This document shows positions 10,322 to 20,800 of a stretch of DNA of 32,000 bases, one piece after another. The position numbers and the translations under genes were made by a program. The notes below the pieces were generated by a model, which saw only the letters and a program-made list of their open reading frames with translations, ran no database searches and was not told the DNA's origin. Position 1 is the stretch's first letter. Every line of letters starts with the position of its first letter. Source of the stretch: Demequinaceae bacterium (GTDB lineage: Bacteria; Actinomycetota; Actinomycetes; Actinomycetales; Demequinaceae); NCBI GenBank assembly GCA_965250005.1, contig OZ252279.1, positions 960,001 through 992,000 on the forward strand. The letters run 5' to 3'.

Positions 10322-10711
10322 CTATGCGTCAGATGTGACACGCAGAAACTGCACCTCGCACTGGACCGGCCAGGATTCCCGGCAAGCGCCGGTCCACACG
10401 TGGACCGTGGCCCCGTCCTTGAGGTCTTGCTCGCCGATGCGGTTCAGGTCATTGTCGACAATGCGCGACTTGTCGCTGAAGTAGAGGGTGGCGTCTTCGT
10501 AATAGGTCAGCTCGACGCTGTCGACCGTGAGTTGGTACTGACGCCCGGCGAGGTCGTCGGTCGGGCTGTCTGTAGCCTCGTAGACGCGCAGAGTGCCGTC
10601 GGCGTCCCACATGGTGTTCGGAAGTTCGACCCTGCTCGGCCCGCACGCCGCGAGCACAAGTATGGCACCGGCAACGGCCGCGCCAGCTTTCGCCAGATTC
10701 ATAGTCCTCAC
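10322..10711 (-). CDS. Putative lipoprotein
   Basis: Signal peptide with lipobox AGAILVLAAC-GPS; 129 aa, compact secreted domain. Confidence 0.7.
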   Translation of the reverse strand: MRTMNLAKAGAAVAGAILVLAACGPSRVELPNTMWDADGTLRVYEATDSPTDDLAGRQYQLTVDSVELTYYEDATLYFSDKSRIVDNDLNRIGEQDLKDGATVHVWTGACRESWPVQCEVQFLRVTSDA

Positions 10712-10783
10712 GCTAACTCAACGACCCACGAGACCATACCGTTGGGCTGGTAGTCTCGACTGCCGCGGGGAAACCCGCACACC

Positions 10784-10856
10784 GCCCTCGTAGCTCAGCG
10801 GATAGAGCACCGGTTTCCGGTACCGAAGGTCGCAGGTTCGATTCCTGTCGAGGGCA
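10784..10856 (+). tRNA. tRNA-Arg (anticodon CCG)
   Basis: Acceptor GCCCTCG/CGAGGGC, D-arm GCTCAGCGGATAGAGC, anticodon loop TTCCGGT (CCG), T-arm GCAGGTTCGATTCCTGT, discriminator A, CCA not encoded. Confidence 0.95.
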
Positions 10857-11327
10857 CTACCGGCCACTGATTTCCGGCCGGCCCCACGAGCCACCGTCGT
10901 ACGTCTGGAACTGGCATTGAGCGGTTCCCGCATAGCCAATTTCCCACACCACCCAGAACGTCTCCAAGAGCGACTCTCGTTCAACGGCGTACCCCCTATC
11001 GATCTCGTCTCGGTCAACCTCGGAGATCTCATCCATATCGATAAAGTCGCCGTAGCCCAACTCTGCCCGTTTACGGTTGTACGCAGGCCACTGATGTGTC
11101 GAGTACACGTGCACCGCCGTAAGCAGGCCATTGGGAATCGACCCTTCCGTGCGCGCGGCGTAATCATTGCACGCCTCAAACGCCTCGCGCTGGCTAGTGG
11201 TCAACGTGCCTCCCGCGAAAGCGTTCGGGAGCACCAGCAAGCCCATTCCGAGCACCACAAAGATCAGCGCTCGGGTGACGTCTGAAAGGATCACTCTCTC
11301 GACGGCAACCCGGCTGAGCTTGGACAC
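10857..11327 (-). CDS. Hypothetical membrane-anchored or secreted protein
   Basis: 156 aa with an N-terminal hydrophobic stretch ALIFVVLGMGLLVLPNAFAGG. Its stop codon directly abuts the tRNA-Arg 3' end. Confidence 0.55.
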   Translation of the reverse strand: MSKLSRVAVERVILSDVTRALIFVVLGMGLLVLPNAFAGGTLTTSQREAFEACNDYAARTEGSIPNGLLTAVHVYSTHQWPAYNRKRAELGYGDFIDMDEISEVDRDEIDRGYAVERESLLETFWVVWEIGYAGTAQCQFQTYDGGSWGRPEISGR

Positions 11328-11511
11328 TCGCTAGATTCCGGCCACGGCGTGCAGGCGCGCACATACGTCGGCGCGGTCCCGAAATGTACCGTGACGCGAT
11401 TCGCTTGCCGAGACACTGCGGTCCTCAATCGTGCCCTGCTTCATTGCCTGCTCCGGTGCCTAGGTTCACTTCTCAACCTACGTCACGGCTCATGCAGGGG
11501 AAACCCGTAGC

Positions 11512-12330
11512 ATGACAACTATGGGCACGCCCGTGGATTTGCGAACCGAGCAGCGGCTCGGGTTAGCGCTCGGTGGCGGCGGCGCTCTGGGTGCCGCTCA
11601 CGTTGGCGTACTGCAGGTCCTGCGCGAGCGCGGCATTACGCCGTCGATTGTCGCGGGTACTTCTGCGGGGGCCGTCATCGGCGCTGCGTACGCTGCGCGG
11701 TTCGACCCTTACGAGTTGGAGAGCTTGGTACTGCGCGCCGAGTGGGGAACCTTCGGCGCTGTCTCCATGATCCCCGGGCTGGGCGTGCTCGACACGGTCG
11801 GCCTGCGCAAAACCATCGACCACGTCGGCGGTGGCGACCGGAACATCGAGGACCTTCCAATCCGCTACGCGGCCGTTGCTACGGACGTCGCCTCCCACGC
11901 GGCCGTCGTGCTCGACGCTGGCAGCGTCGTGGACGCCATGTGCGCATCGATAGCGGTGCCCGGAATATTTCGCCCCAAAAAACATCGCGGCCTCCTCATG
12001 GTCGACGGTGGGATGGTCCAGAACCTTCCGCTCGAGACCGCCTTCGGCATGGGAGCGGACCACGTGATCGGGGTGCGGCTGGCTCCGGAGTGGGACGGGC
12101 TCCCGCAGGTGCAGACTTCTGCTCACGTCCACGAGCTCGAGATTGGCAATGACGTCACCCTGATTCACCCTCTGGTTGGCGCGCGCTCGCAGTGGCAGGG
12201 GCGCGACATCCCCGGCCTTATCGCGCTCGGTCGCGAGGCGGCCGAACGCGCGCTCGGCACCTATCCCGTCGTGAAACCACGGCCCGCGGAACACCGCGTC
12301 GCAGACGCGGCGGACGCGGCCACGCCCTAG
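11512..12330 (+). CDS. Patatin-like phospholipase family protein
   Basis: Oxyanion-hole glycine motif LALGGGGALGAAHVGVL, nucleophile elbow GTSAG, and DGG with its catalytic Asp. Confidence 0.9.
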   Translation: MTTMGTPVDLRTEQRLGLALGGGGALGAAHVGVLQVLRERGITPSIVAGTSAGAVIGAAYAARFDPYELESLVLRAEWGTFGAVSMIPGLGVLDTVGLRKTIDHVGGGDRNIEDLPIRYAAVATDVASHAAVVLDAGSVVDAMCASIAVPGIFRPKKHRGLLMVDGGMVQNLPLETAFGMGADHVIGVRLAPEWDGLPQVQTSAHVHELEIGNDVTLIHPLVGARSQWQGRDIPGLIALGREAAERALGTYPVVKPRPAEHRVADAADAATP

Positions 12331-13418
12331 CCTGCCGGCAGCTCTGGGAACGCTTCGATCGCCGCCGCGTGCCGCAACTTGCCTCCTGCTGAGGACAAGC
12401 CTGCAGCGAGCGCTGAGTCACGGGCGCAAGCGTCCTCCCAGCCGGAATCGGCCAACGCGAGGGCGTAGTCGAACGTCGCATTGGTGAGCGCCTGCGTGGA
12501 CGTGCCCGCAACGGCTCCCGGCATGTTTGTGACGCAGTAGAAAATCGCCTGCTCCACCGGGAAGACGGGCGCGTCATGGGTGGTGGGCCGCGAGTCCTCG
12601 AAGCAGCCGCCCTGGTCGATCGCGATATCCACCAACACCGACCCCGGTCGCATGCGCGCGACCGTGTCGTGACTAACGATCTTGGGGGCGGGCCGGCCAG
12701 GGACCAGGACCGCACCAATTACAAGGTCCGCGCCCACCACTGCGCTGTCCACGGACTCCGATGTGGACAGGACGGTAGTAACTGTGCCGTCATAGACCGC
12801 GCCGACCGCCTCCAGGCGCGGCTCCGACAGATCGAGCACAGTGACGTCCGCGCCCATTGCGACCGCTTGGGCGATAGCGTTGGTCCCCGCGACTCCGGCG
12901 CCAAGCACCGTCACCGCTACCGGGCTGACCCCCGTCATTCCCGATAGCAACAGCCCGCGCCCGCCCTGCGACCCGAGCAGTTGGTAGGCGCCAGCGAGTA
13001 CGGCCAGCCGGCCGGCGACCTCGCTCATAGGCTTCAGCAGGGGAAGCGAGCCGTCCGACAACTGGACTGTGTCGTACGAGATCGCGGTAGCTCCAGAGTC
13101 CACCAGGGCTTCCGCGAGCGCACGGTTCGCGGCCAGGTGCAAAAACGTGAACAAAGTGAGGTCCGCGCGCAGCCGCCCGAACTCATGAGGAACCGGCTCC
13201 TTGACCTTCAGGACCATCTCGGCGCCCCACGCATCGTCGACGGTGCCCATGACAGCACCGGCGGCCTTGTATGCCGCATCGGGGAATCCGGCTCCTGCAC
13301 CAGCGCCCGCTTGGACGGTCACACGATGACCCCCGGTAACCAGTTTTTTGGCGCCCTCCGGAGTGAGCGAGACTCGGGCTTCGCGGTTCTTAACCTCCGC
13401 TGGGACTCCTACATGCAT
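12327..13418 (-). CDS. ald: Alanine dehydrogenase
   Basis: MHVGVPAEVKNREARVSLTPEG, VKVKEP-like segment, Rossmann motif VTVLGAGVAGTNAI, and VDIAIDQGGCFEDSRPTTHDAPVF. Confidence 0.93.
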   Translation of the reverse strand: MHVGVPAEVKNREARVSLTPEGAKKLVTGGHRVTVQAGAGAGAGFPDAAYKAAGAVMGTVDDAWGAEMVLKVKEPVPHEFGRLRADLTLFTFLHLAANRALAEALVDSGATAISYDTVQLSDGSLPLLKPMSEVAGRLAVLAGAYQLLGSQGGRGLLLSGMTGVSPVAVTVLGAGVAGTNAIAQAVAMGADVTVLDLSEPRLEAVGAVYDGTVTTVLSTSESVDSAVVGADLVIGAVLVPGRPAPKIVSHDTVARMRPGSVLVDIAIDQGGCFEDSRPTTHDAPVFPVEQAIFYCVTNMPGAVAGTSTQALTNATFDYALALADSGWEDACARDSALAAGLSSAGGKLRHAAAIEAFPELPAG

Positions 13419-13633
13419 TTGTGCCTCCCGACCGATCTGCCCTCTCCTCTATTGTCGTCCTCGCCCGCAAAATGCACACCCCCTGAGTTCCGGGTGCCCA
13501 GCCTGCATGGGGGACCTCCCCGAGGAAAAGTTCAGGGTGCGTCTCATCCCCGCGCGGGATGCTCAGTCTGCGCCTGCGGCGATACCTTCGAACCAAGCTC
13601 GTACGTGGGCCAAAATGGACTCAAGGAGAAATC

Positions 13634-14284
13634 ATGAATCGCATATATGCCGCCACCGCCGTTGCCGCCGCGGCACTCGCCATCAGCGGCTGCGGCATCT
13701 CGGGCATTCCGCTCGACGGTGACACTTCAACCGAAATCCGTTCAGTCGACGCCTTCGATTCGATCGAGCTCCGGGGCGCTGCCGAGGTGGTCGTCGTCGT
13801 CGGCGGCCCGCAGACCATCGAGATCGTCGCTGACACTGCTGTCCAGAAGTACGTCAAGACGACTGTTAGCGACGGCGAACTGGTCATCGACACTGATTAT
13901 GGATGGCGCTGGGGCGACATCGACGTGGACGTTCGCATTTCTGTGCCGTCGCTCGACTCGTTCGACCTCAAGGGGGCAGGAAACATTGTCATCCGCGGAA
14001 TCAACAGCAATAGGTTCTCCTTTACACTTGCGGGCGCAGGAGACATCGACATTGCTGGCAAGGCCGTAGACGTCACGATCAACCTGGCGGGCGCCGGCGG
14101 CATCGACGCCTACGACCTGATAGCCGAAGATGTGGTTGCCAAGTTGTCGGGAGCCGGTCAGATTTCGGTCACCGCGACGGACACGCTCGACGCAACGCTC
14201 AGCGGCCTGGGCGGCATCGACTACGACGGCGACCCTGAAGTAACCTCCAGGGTTTCAGGCGTCGGATCCATCGATCCCAGGTAG
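13634..14284 (+). CDS. DUF2807 (GIN domain) lipoprotein
   Basis: Start after aaggag at MNRIYAATAVAAAALAISGC (lipobox). Repetitive beta-rich pattern VDAFDSIELRGAAEVVVV...SFDLKGAGNIVIRG...FTLAGAGDIDIAGKAVDVTINLAGAGGIDA. Confidence 0.75.
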   Translation: MNRIYAATAVAAAALAISGCGISGIPLDGDTSTEIRSVDAFDSIELRGAAEVVVVVGGPQTIEIVADTAVQKYVKTTVSDGELVIDTDYGWRWGDIDVDVRISVPSLDSFDLKGAGNIVIRGINSNRFSFTLAGAGDIDIAGKAVDVTINLAGAGGIDAYDLIAEDVVAKLSGAGQISVTATDTLDATLSGLGGIDYDGDPEVTSRVSGVGSIDPR

Positions 14285-14384
14285 AGCCAGCGGCGCGCAG
14301 GCAAAACTGGACTCGGGGATTTGAACCGAGACGAAGAGACCTATCCAGCGGGCTTCGCGAAAGTCGCCAACATAGAAGAGAGAA

Positions 14385-15209
14385 CTATGGCGCTGTGGTG
14401 GCCGTTGGCTCGGGCTCGGCTGCGGCGGCCACCGCAGCCGCTTCGGCTTCTGCCGCTGCGGCGTCCGCGGCTTCCCGCGCAGCAAGGGTCGCGTCGATAG
14501 ATTCGTCGCTCACGTACCAGCCGATCTGGTCCGTACCCGGCGTGTATTCCCAGTGCCACGGCTCGTACTTGGTGGTCTGCGCCCAACGCGGGTTGTCCCA
14601 TCCGAAAGCAGGCGCGTTTGCGCGGAGCCAACTGTACGACTCGCCCCGGTCCTGGCCGCGGCACAGATCGATCGCCAGCCCCCAGCCGTGGTACGACTTG
14701 CCTGGAGGCGCCGCCTTCCAGCCTTTGGACGCCTTGATCCGAACCTGGTCGCCGTACGAACGGTAGCCGGAAATCAAACACAGGCGAGTGCCAAAGCGAA
14801 GCTTGTACTGATGATCGAGTTCGGCGAGCGCAACCGCGGCATCAGAGCGCACGTAGATGTCTTTCTTCCACAGCCTGCACAGCGAGTCGTTGGTGAGGTT
14901 ACCGTTGGTCCCCTCCCAAAATGTCGATCCGTCACAACTGGGAAGTCGAGTAGAGACCACGTACTCGGAAGATGTGGCGATGGCTCGCGCACTGTCATCA
15001 ATTGACGGCAGCGGCAGTTCGACAGCTACCAGCTGCGGCCCCTGTCCCGTGACTACGTCGATCATGGGAGGAGTGTCTCCGAGGACAACCCCTGGAACCG
15101 CCTCGAGGGCGACGATGGTTGGCGACAGCGTCCCCATGACGGGATATACGACCATGGAAAGCACAAAGCCAATGAGGATTCCACCGCGGGTCACAAACTG
15201 ACGTCGCAT
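14385..15209 (-). CDS. VanY-like D-alanyl-D-alanine carboxypeptidase (M15-type)
   Basis: SGYRSYGDQ, SYHGWGLAIDLCRG and EPWHWEYTPG motifs; N-terminal hydrophobic anchor; Ala/Glu-rich tail. Start placed at MRRQFVTRGG. Confidence 0.82.
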   Translation of the reverse strand: MRRQFVTRGGILIGFVLSMVVYPVMGTLSPTIVALEAVPGVVLGDTPPMIDVVTGQGPQLVAVELPLPSIDDSARAIATSSEYVVSTRLPSCDGSTFWEGTNGNLTNDSLCRLWKKDIYVRSDAAVALAELDHQYKLRFGTRLCLISGYRSYGDQVRIKASKGWKAAPPGKSYHGWGLAIDLCRGQDRGESYSWLRANAPAFGWDNPRWAQTTKYEPWHWEYTPGTDQIGWYVSDESIDATLAAREAADAAAAEAEAAAVAAAAEPEPTATTAP

Positions 15210-15426
15210 GTGCGTAGACCGGATCGCGATTTCTTGGGTTACTTCTTCCCTGCGACCCTTGCGATTTCCGTAATGCTGCCCGAACTGCTCGGGTAGCGAC
15301 GGATGCGGGTTCACAAGGCCTCCAAGCAGGCTAATAGGGTCGCGCTTCCAACGCACGACGCAGCGACTGTGCTCCCATGTTAACGGACAGACAAAGTGGG
15401 CGCCACTGAGCCGCGGGCGTCGACCC

Positions 15427-16476
15427 CTACAACTCGCCCTGCATCGCGTCCTGCACCTCGCCGACCAGCTCCTCGATGATGTCCTCAAGGAACACGACAC
15501 CCACCGCTTGACCGCCCTGCTGCGCCGTCGCCACATGTGCCCCCGATTGGCGCATACGCGCTAGCACGGTCTCGACTTCGGCATCCACAGGAACTGGGGG
15601 GAGCGCGCGCACCCGCCACCCGTGAACGGGCTCCTCGTGCTCGCCGGGACGCGCATAAAGCACATCCTTGATGTGTAGGTATCCGACGTATCGCTCTCCG
15701 TCGCGTACGGGAAGCCGCGAGAACCCCGTCTCCGCGACAACCGCCTCAAACTGCGCGACCGTCACCCCCATGGGCACGGCACGCACGCTTTCAAGCGGCA
15801 CCATGACGTCGCCGGCCGTGCGATCGGAAAACTCGATCGCTCCGGTGAGGAGGCCTTGCACATCTTCGAGCGTGCCCTCCTCGCTCGAACGTTCGACGAT
15901 GCTATGCACCTCATCAGCGGTAAAGGCGCTGGTGATTTCGTCACGCGGAACAACGCCGAGCGCGCGGACTACCAGGTTCGCGATCCAATTCAGCAGCGCG
16001 ATGAGCGGCCGCACCACGCGAGCAATCGCCACGAGAGGCGGGCCCAGGACCAGCGCGGCTCGATCGGGACTGGATACTGCCGCGTTCTTGGGGACCATCT
16101 CACCCACAATCACGTGAAGGCCGACCACGATGACCAGTGCGATGGTGACCGCCACGGCGTTCGCGACCCCTGCCGGAAATCCGAGTGCGGCTGCCGCAGG
16201 CTCAAGAGCGTGTGCGATCGCGGGCTCCGCAACAACACCGAGCGAGACCGAGCACACCGTGATGCCCAGTTGGGCGCAAGCAAGCATGAGCGAGACGTTT
16301 TCCATGGCCCACAGCACCGTACGCGCTGCACGGCTCCCGGCCTCGGCTCGCGGCTCGATAGAACTCCGCCTGGCAGAGATAATAGCGAATTCCGCGCCAA
16401 CGAAGAAGGCGTTGCCAAGCAGCAGCCCGATCGTGGAAGCAGCGAGTCCAACGTTCACGACTGCTCCTCCGCCCAC
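15427..16476 (-). CDS. CNNM/HlyC-CorC family (hemolysin-like) transport protein
   Basis: DUF21-type membrane region (FFVGAEFAIISARRSSIE...) and CBS-like region (TAGDVMVPLESVRAVPMG, GVVFLEDIIEELVGEVQD). Confidence 0.88.
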   Translation of the reverse strand: MGGGAVVNVGLAASTIGLLLGNAFFVGAEFAIISARRSSIEPRAEAGSRAARTVLWAMENVSLMLACAQLGITVCSVSLGVVAEPAIAHALEPAAAALGFPAGVANAVAVTIALVIVVGLHVIVGEMVPKNAAVSSPDRAALVLGPPLVAIARVVRPLIALLNWIANLVVRALGVVPRDEITSAFTADEVHSIVERSSEEGTLEDVQGLLTGAIEFSDRTAGDVMVPLESVRAVPMGVTVAQFEAVVAETGFSRLPVRDGERYVGYLHIKDVLYARPGEHEEPVHGWRVRALPPVPVDAEVETVLARMRQSGAHVATAQQGGQAVGVVFLEDIIEELVGEVQDAMQGEL

Positions 16477-17747
16477 ACGCGCACGCGCTCTACGCGTCGG
16501 CCGTCCATGCTTTCAACGCGAAGTCCTGCGCTATCGGCCAGGACCTCGTCGCCGACCTCGGCAACCCGGCCCAGGCGAGCCATGACGTATCCGCCGATCG
16601 TCTCGTACGCCGCGTCTTCAGGGATCTCAATGCCGGAAGTCTCTCGTACTTCGTCGGGCCGGAGCAGTCCGGGAACGCTCCACGCGCCGTCGGCCATACG
16701 GTAGACGTCAACGCGCCGGCGATCATGCTCGTCCGCGACCTCGCCCACGAGCTCCTCGACCACGTCCTCGAGCGTGACGAGGCCCGCCGTGCCGCCGTAC
16801 TCGTCCACCACGATCGCCATCTGCAGTCCACGCCCGCGCAGAGCTCCCAACAACGGTCGCGTGTGCATGGTCTCGGGAACTTCGGGCGCATCAACCATGA
16901 TTTCTGCCACGGCAGTCGAGTCGCGCGCCTCGAGCGGCGTTGCGATGGCCGAGTGCAAATGCACCAATCCGAGCACGTCGTCGTGAGAATTGCCGATCAC
17001 GGGAAATCGCGAGTGGCCGGTGGCGCGCGCCGCGGCGATCACCGCAGAAACGCTAGCGGGTCCTTCGATGACCTCCATCCGCGTGCGGTCGGTCATCACG
17101 TCGATGGCGGTGAGTGCATCCAACTCAATGGTGTTTTTGAGCAGGAGCGCAGTCGACGGTGCGAGCGTTCCCACCTCAGCGGAACGACGCACCAGCGCAG
17201 CCAGTTCCTGCGGTGATCGCCCACCCGCGAGCTCTTCGCGCGGCTCGATCCCGATCAACCGGAGAATCCCGTTGGCGCTCGCGTTAAGCATCGCAATGAG
17301 AGGCCGAAGAGCGGCGGTGAAGGCCGCATTCCATGGCGCCGCGTGACTCGCCGTTCGCATCGGCACGCTCAGCGCGAGGTTCTTGGGCACTAACTCGCCT
17401 ACGACCATCGAGAACACATTGATCAGGATCAAGGCAACTGCTCCCGCGACCGTGCCGACAGCGGCGCGCGCAAGCGCGGTCTGCTCGAGCGGAATGCTCA
17501 GAAGTTGGGTCACGGCCGGTTGCGCCGTGTAGCCGAGCAGGATGGTGGTGACAGTGATTCCGACTTGCGCTCCCGACAGTTGAGTGGAGAGCCGTTTGAG
17601 GGCGCGCTGAACCCGGCGCCCAGATCGCGTGGAAGCATCAACCTGCGAGGGATCGAGCGCAACCAAAGAGAACTCGGCAGCGACGAACACAGCGGTTCCG
17701 AGCGTGAGCAACACGCCAACGCCCACCATGAGCCACGCCGCGTTCAA
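16455..17747 (-). CDS. CNNM/HlyC-CorC family (hemolysin-like) transport protein
   Basis: FVAAEFSLVALDPSQVD, CBS-like region DVMTDRTRMEVIEG, VVDEYGGTAGLVTLEDVVEELVGEVADE. Overlaps its downstream paralog by 22 nt. Confidence 0.9.
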   Translation of the reverse strand: MNAAWLMVGVGVLLTLGTAVFVAAEFSLVALDPSQVDASTRSGRRVQRALKRLSTQLSGAQVGITVTTILLGYTAQPAVTQLLSIPLEQTALARAAVGTVAGAVALILINVFSMVVGELVPKNLALSVPMRTASHAAPWNAAFTAALRPLIAMLNASANGILRLIGIEPREELAGGRSPQELAALVRRSAEVGTLAPSTALLLKNTIELDALTAIDVMTDRTRMEVIEGPASVSAVIAAARATGHSRFPVIGNSHDDVLGLVHLHSAIATPLEARDSTAVAEIMVDAPEVPETMHTRPLLGALRGRGLQMAIVVDEYGGTAGLVTLEDVVEELVGEVADEHDRRRVDVYRMADGAWSVPGLLRPDEVRETSGIEIPEDAAYETIGGYVMARLGRVAEVGDEVLADSAGLRVESMDGRRVERVRVWAEEQS

Positions 17748-17891
17748 GGTGTTCGCCTTTGTGGGTCCATCGTCAGCCCAGCATACCGAGCCTCAACAAC
17801 ATCACGATTACGTAGCGAGGCTAACCAGTTGGCACGACGAGTCGCCTAGAATCGTTGAAGAATTGCATCCACATTCCAAAGTAAGTGCGCA

Positions 17892-20800
17892 ATGAAAGTG
17901 AGCGGCCTGGACGTGTCCACTGAGACCCCCGCGCCAGACCCTGCCCGCACGTCGATTTCCCGCGCCGACGACGCCCCCTCCGTGGCGTCGCTCGTGAGCG
18001 GCGGTCGCCGTCCCGCAGTTGACGACGGCTCCTCCTCAAAGCAGCCGCCGTTGGCCGCGAGCGCCTCCGCCGCAGTGCCGGTCACCGCTGTACCAGCGGC
18101 CGCAGTGCCGCCTGTGACTCCGCCCGCCGTGTCAGCTCAGCCGATCCCCGCGGCCGCCCCAGTTCTACCGGAGGTTGCTAACGAAGACGCCTCGGACCGC
18201 GATGCGGACCCAGGCGCGCCGCAGGTCGCCCCCGAGGCCACGCCGGACACCACCCCCGAGCAACCCGTACCGGTAGACGAGGCCATCGCCGCATCGTCCG
18301 CTGCGCTCACGCAGCCGATCGCCTGGGCCGAGCCTGCGACGGCACGCTACCTCCAGGACCCGTCGGACTCGACGCGCGATATCCCAGGAATCTCCGACGG
18401 GACGCAGCGCCTCCGCGGCGCTTCGGCGCGCACTGCAGCGAATATGGAACGCAGCCTTGAGGTCCCCACCGCGACCTCGGTGCGGTCGATCCCGGCAAAA
18501 TTGTTGATGGACAACCGGGTCGTGATCAACAACCACCTCGATCGGACCCGCGGCGGAAAAGTCTCGTTCACCCACTTGATCGGCTACGCGATCATCGAAG
18601 CGCTCGTCGAGTCCCCCGCGATGAATTCTTCATACACCGAGGACGACGGCAAGCCCGCGCACTTCACGCCACCGCACGTGAACTTCGGTCTCGCGATTGA
18701 CTTGGCGAAAGATGACGGGACTCGCAACCTGCTCGTCCCCAACATCAAGGGCGTCGACTCGATGGAGTTCGCGCCATTCTGGAACTCGTACGACGAGGTT
18801 GTGCGGCGCGCGCGGTCCGGGGCGCTCCAGGCCGACGACTTCGCGAACACCACCATCACGCTGACCAACCCGGGCACAATCGGAACGGTTCACTCTATTC
18901 CGCGACTGATGTCTGGTCAGGGCGCAATCGTGGGCGTGGGCGCGATGGACTACCCAGCGGAATATCAGGGCGCGGCCGCAGACACCATCGCCCAACTCGG
19001 CGTATCCAAGGTCCTCACGCTGACCTCGACGTACGACCACCGAGTGATTCAGGGCGCGCAATCAGGCGAATTCCTGGCGCTCGTCCATAGGAAGCTGCTG
19101 GGAGGCGACGGGTTCTTCGATCGAGTCTTCCGCTCCCTTGGCGTCCCGTACGAGCCTGTGCGCTGGGTTCAGGACTCGGGCGTGACCCCGGAGGGCGAGG
19201 CCGCCAAGCCCGCGCTGATCGCAGAGATGATTCATTCCTACCGCTCACGCGGCCACCTCATGGCTGACGTTGACCCGCTCAGCTTGCGGCCGCGGCGCCA
19301 CCCAGACCTCGACATTCAGACGCACGGGCTCAATCTTTGGGACCTGGACCGCGTCTACCCGACCCGTAGCCTCACTGGCGCCAACCGCCAAAAAATGCGC
19401 GACGTTCTCGGACGGCTCCGAAACGCCTACTGCCGCACCATGGGCGTGGAGTACATGCACATCGCGGACCGCGGACAGCGCGCGTGGATGCAGCAAAGAC
19501 TGGAGGCGGACTACCGGACACCTTCACGCGACGAGCACCTGCACATACTGCGTCGGCTCAACTCTGCTGAAGCATTCGAGTCATTCCTTCAGACAAAGTA
19601 CGTGGGCCAGAAGCGCTTCTCCCTTGAGGGAGGCGAATCGCTGATCCCGCTGCTCGATGCTGTGATGTCGAGCGCAGCAATCGCTGGTATCGACGAGGTC
19701 TGTATCGGCATGGCACACCGCGGACGCCTGAACGTTCTCGCCAACCTCGCGGGCAAGTCCTACGCACAGATTTTCAGTGAATTTGACGGCACCACAGACC
19801 CGCGGTCCGTCCAGGGCTCGGGTGACGTGAAGTACCACCTCGGCACCGACGGCGTGTTCACGGCGGAATCGGGGGAGACCACCAAGGTGTACCTCGCCGC
19901 CAACCCTTCGCACCTCGAAGCCGTCAACCCGGTCCTCGAGGGAATTGTCCGCGCAAAGCTCGACACGCTCGGCGCTGATGTCAGCGCTGGCGAGGCGCCC
20001 GTGCTGCCGATTCTTATCCACGGCGACGCGGCGTTCTCGGGTCAGGGCGTTGTCATGGAGACGCTCAACATGGCCGCGCTGCGCGGGTACCGCACTGGCG
20101 GAACCGTGCACGTCATCATCAACAACCAGGTGGGCTTCACCACGACGCCAGAGGCCTCCCGCTCGACGCGTTACTGCACGGACATCGCCAAGGGCTTTCA
20201 GATTCCGATTCTCCACGTCAACGGTGACGACCCGGAGGCATGCGTCAGGGCCGCTCGCCTGGCGTTCGCGTACCGCGAAAAATTTGGCCGCGACGTCATC
20301 ATCGACATGGTCTGCTACCGCCGCCGCGGGCATAACGAGGGCGACGACCCATCGATGACCCAGCCGCGCATGTACGACCTCATTGAGGCCAAGCGGTCCG
20401 TGCGCCACCTGTTTACCGAATCGCTGATCCGGCGCGGAAACATCACCGAAGAAGAGGCCGAGTCGGTATCCAAGGACTATCTCACCCAGCTCGAGCGTGT
20501 CTTCATCGAGACGCGTGAGGGTTATGTGCCCCAGAGTGCGACCGAGGCTGTGGCGGGACTTGAGTTGCCTTCGTCGCAGACAAGTGACGCTGGGGTCATG
20601 GTGGGCTGGAAGACAGCCGCCGACCCGGAGATGCTTGCGCGCGTGGGCCGCGCGCACACTCGACCTCCCTCCGGCTTCACCGTGCACTCCAAGCTCGAAA
20701 AGCTTCTGACCAAGCGCGACAGTATGACCCGCGACGGTGGGATCGACTGGGGATACGGCGAGGTGCTCGCGTTCGGCACGCTCCTCCAAGAGGGCGTGCC

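Noticed and set aside
14308-14335. tRNA T-arm-like sequence (minus strand, tctcggttcaaatccccgag)
   Set aside because: The 5-bp stem / 7-nt loop geometry fails without mismatches, and I found no matching acceptor or anticodon arm. Probably coincidence, at most a relic.
15210-15536. Upstream extension of the VanY-like ORF
   Set aside because: The ATG at 15209 is followed by a membrane-anchor segment; the upstream residues (MWRRRSRAVKRWVSC...) overlap the CNNM gene and look like non-coding translation.
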